Source: Trichoplax adhaerens
Lineage: Eukaryota > Animalia > Placozoa
Assembly (NCBI RefSeq): GCF_000150275.1
Contig: NW_002060948.1
Coordinates: 2,858,175-2,922,174, forward strand
Direction: 5' to 3'
DNA: 64,000 nt
The notes beneath the pieces are model-generated. The model did no database searches and was not told the origin of the DNA. It saw nothing but the letters and a program-made list of their open reading frames with translations. Both the position numbers and the translations under genes were made by a program. Shown here piece by piece: positions 61,101-64,000 of the stretch (within the stretch, counting starts at the first letter, position 1; every line of letters begins with the position of its first letter).

Positions 61101-63100
61101 GGGTAGAAAAGCAAAGAATTTATCACTCAGAGATTAAGCTATAATTAGCGAAATATATCGCTAATTACTTACTGTTAAAGCTCAAAGTAGGCATTTATAA
61201 TCCTATATAGTAAAATTACAGTATTTTAGTTCTTTCAAAAGAGATCAATATCAGCCATGTTGTTTATTAAATTTTGTTTATCTGTAATATGCCGGATTCT
61301 TAGATGCTCAAAGGTAAAATAGGATGAGTTCTACATTTGTAGATCGATTAATTTTTACAATCGCGATAGCTTAAAAAGTCTCTAAAAGTAATTCACCGAG
61401 TGATTCACTTGCTATATGTACCATATTATAAACTAATAGTTACTAGTATACTAGCCCGTAAACTATAAAATATAGTCAATGGTTTTAGCTCACTGAATAT
61501 AAATCTTTAACAGTACTACACCGAAAATCCTAATCACTATCAGTTCTTGATAATCTACTAACCTTTACTTCTTCTTTTCCTGACAGCTGCTTATATGATC
61601 AATTCAGCAAATCATTGATGCTACAACGGTCATGATTACATGACAATGTAAAACCTCAAAAACTGACATTTTTACATTTGTAACATAGAATTTAGGAAGG
61701 TATCCTTACTCACATCGTCAAATTGAAGCTCTCAGTTAAACTGACCTACTATACTCGTATTTACTGCTCAAAATTCGTAGTATTAAGGTATGACGAGAAA
61801 ATATTGCTAGCATTAACAACATACGAATCTATGATTTACTCGTTGGGTACAGACTGAAAATGAACCTAGCTGAGAGATTCCGAAATGGCAGCTAGAAATT
61901 AATATAAAAAAGTCTTCGTAGAACTTTGTAGATAACAGAGGGAGCGAGCACTTAGATTTAGTCTCGATGTCGAACATTGCTTATAAACATCCTCTAAATT
62001 ATTCCTTGATGACTAAAATTGTCCACTAATATGGGCGGAAATTCAATAGCGACATCAAACGTTCAATAGTAGCTAGCCACTTTATAAGACCCCTGATGTG
62101 CGAATGTTGTAATAGCTTAACGTTTTCCCATCGATCGGTAATCCAGTTATCATTCGAAATAGATCATTGTGAACAGTTTATTGTGCTTGTAGATGTCTTA
62201 ATCTTTACAACTAATACGGCATCGGTAATGTGTTCTTAAAAAAGAGCCATTCTATATATCTAATGCATCTAAAACGGTTATTACATCAAAAGCGTTAGCT
62301 TATTTGCGGACTGGGTTGTCCAAAAAATTCAAATGTAATATGTTTACATTACCAAAAGGCCTATTAAAATAGCTTTTGCGTTGCGTAATGATACATTCAT
62401 TATTTGGGTGGAGTATTGTATTAATTTTGAGATACATCGGTAAATAGCAGGTGATCGGACTGCTGTGGATCCTTTACATTTGGCAGTCTTGATACAAATC
62501 AAGTCACTATAGTCAGGCTGAACGAGGCCGGATGCGAAATCAGTCATTTTGCAAAATGCCCTACAATCAGTTAACATAGTGACTGATATCGGCCCTATTA
62601 TTAGCCTAAAGTCTAGATAATTTAACTCTAAGTAGGTGAAGGTAGGTAAAAAATTTTGAATGATCTTCATATGATACAAATTATTGAGGTACTCAAAATA
62701 ACGCGCGCTACTGTATATGAAAGATTCGATTTGTAGCAAATCGAGAGAAATAGATAAGGGTAGTTGATAATGAGTTTTAAGCTTTCCATCATACGTTAAA
62801 ATTATTGTTTCTTCAACCGATCCTGTCTAGCCTAGTAGTTATTATTAAATTCTTACTGGTTTATTCATCTTAACTTCGGTAGTTATAAATTGTTATATAT
62901 GTTGTCGAACTTCGTTACGGGGTGAAAAATGACATGCATTCAGCCAATATTGCCATAGAATTTTTAATTGCCATCGAATTGCCCTTATGATTTTGCTTCT
63001 TTTCAGATATAATACTATTATGATTATCAATCATGAACTTTCCAGCTTATTATGTATAACGAAACTTAGTATTGTGATTGTAGACTTTTAGCTATGTTAG
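58200..63100 (+). pseudogene. Decayed LRR-LRRCT relic(s)
   Basis: SLPKLQENCIFNDFNSIKPLTL (~59953), VDISSNCINPIPNKFF (60607-60654), EHLDL, NMGGNSI (62028) and LRRCT-like PLMCEC (62090-62107). Confidence 0.45.
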
Positions 63101-64000
63101 TAAGATGTAACTTTAACTGCTAAGAATAATATCTACGGAAATACTGTAGTTGTTTCCATATCGGATTAATGATGGTCCGCTGTAAAATATTGTCTTTGAT
63201 AATAATTTGACTATGTGTAAATTAAGGTAGACTGTTGCTATGTTGATTATGGCTGTGACTGCTACGAAATGAATATAAGCTGGCAACTTAACTATTCAGT
63301 TCGTTCTATCTAGAAGTCCTTCAATAGTTGTATTCGGCTATAGTAGAGCTGTGTGTAGCTAGTCTTTGTATTAGATCTAATAAAGTTCTAATTTTCTACA
63401 ACTTTGGAATTTTGGTGATTGGATTTTATCACATTATGTCAAATAGCTTCATGTACTGTATAACAACCATATAATGAATCTGAATTATTTTCATTTCATC
63501 GCTATTATCTTCTCCACTTACTTTCAATCAGTTACAAAAGTGTGATTGGCGACTTTTTTCTGTATAGCTAAAGCTTGTATAACAATGGCTTGCTATAAAA
63601 TAGCTGTAAGCTCTCATTATTGAGTAGCTTGTTGGTACTATTGCATTTAGCGAACTAATAAAGGTTTTGTACTGTATCTTCATAAAACAGCCGTCAAGAT
63701 AATTATTTAAACGATCATAAGAGTTGATAACATGCAATCAAGCAGATATAATACAAAGACACCAGAACATGACTATAACTTTAATATACTGTTGTATGAT
63801 AGGAATCTAATTATTCATTTATCGTTAAAATGCACTATAACGTCGTATAAATTAAAACAGCGTTGGATTACCAAAGTCAATATCGGTTTCGACTATAAGT
63901 ACCATCCGTAGGGAGAGGCTATCATGATTACAATGGGGAATAGTTAGAAATAGTTGTGGTAGCATAATCCCTATGATGTGTTCATCCAATCTTAAATTAC

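Noticed and set aside
62344-62739. 131-aa minus-strand ORF as a gene
   Set aside because: Non-ATG start, no recognisable domain, and no supporting neighbouring exons.

Overview
AT-rich, compact animal genomic DNA with mostly short spliceosomal introns. Gene content and style best fit an early-branching metazoan such as a placozoan (Trichoplax-like); this is inference. There is one 50-N assembly gap. Intact genes in order: an adhesion/family-B-type 7TM receptor with no GPS motif and no C-tail (+), a GPI-type trehalase (-), a type II membrane trefoil-GH31 alpha-glucosidase (-), TAF10 (+), FHAD1 (+), FBXO31 with an intronless CDS (-), two tandem alpha-arrestins (-), and an LGR/RXFP-like class A GPCR with no visible LRR ectodomain and a His-rich loop (-). 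Non-genic features: a 1003-bp solo LTR with a 5-bp TSD, several local tandem duplications, an RFX X-box upstream of FHAD1, and TACAG/CTGTA pentamer arrays upstream of several genes. The main unexplained pattern is that most large intergenic gaps and the one very large intron translate on the + strand into stop- and frameshift-ridden LRR, LRRCT and Ig-like fragments. This suggests about six decayed LRR-receptor relics alongside two intact receptors reduced to their 7TM core. The relic calls are by-eye translations and need profile-HMM confirmation.
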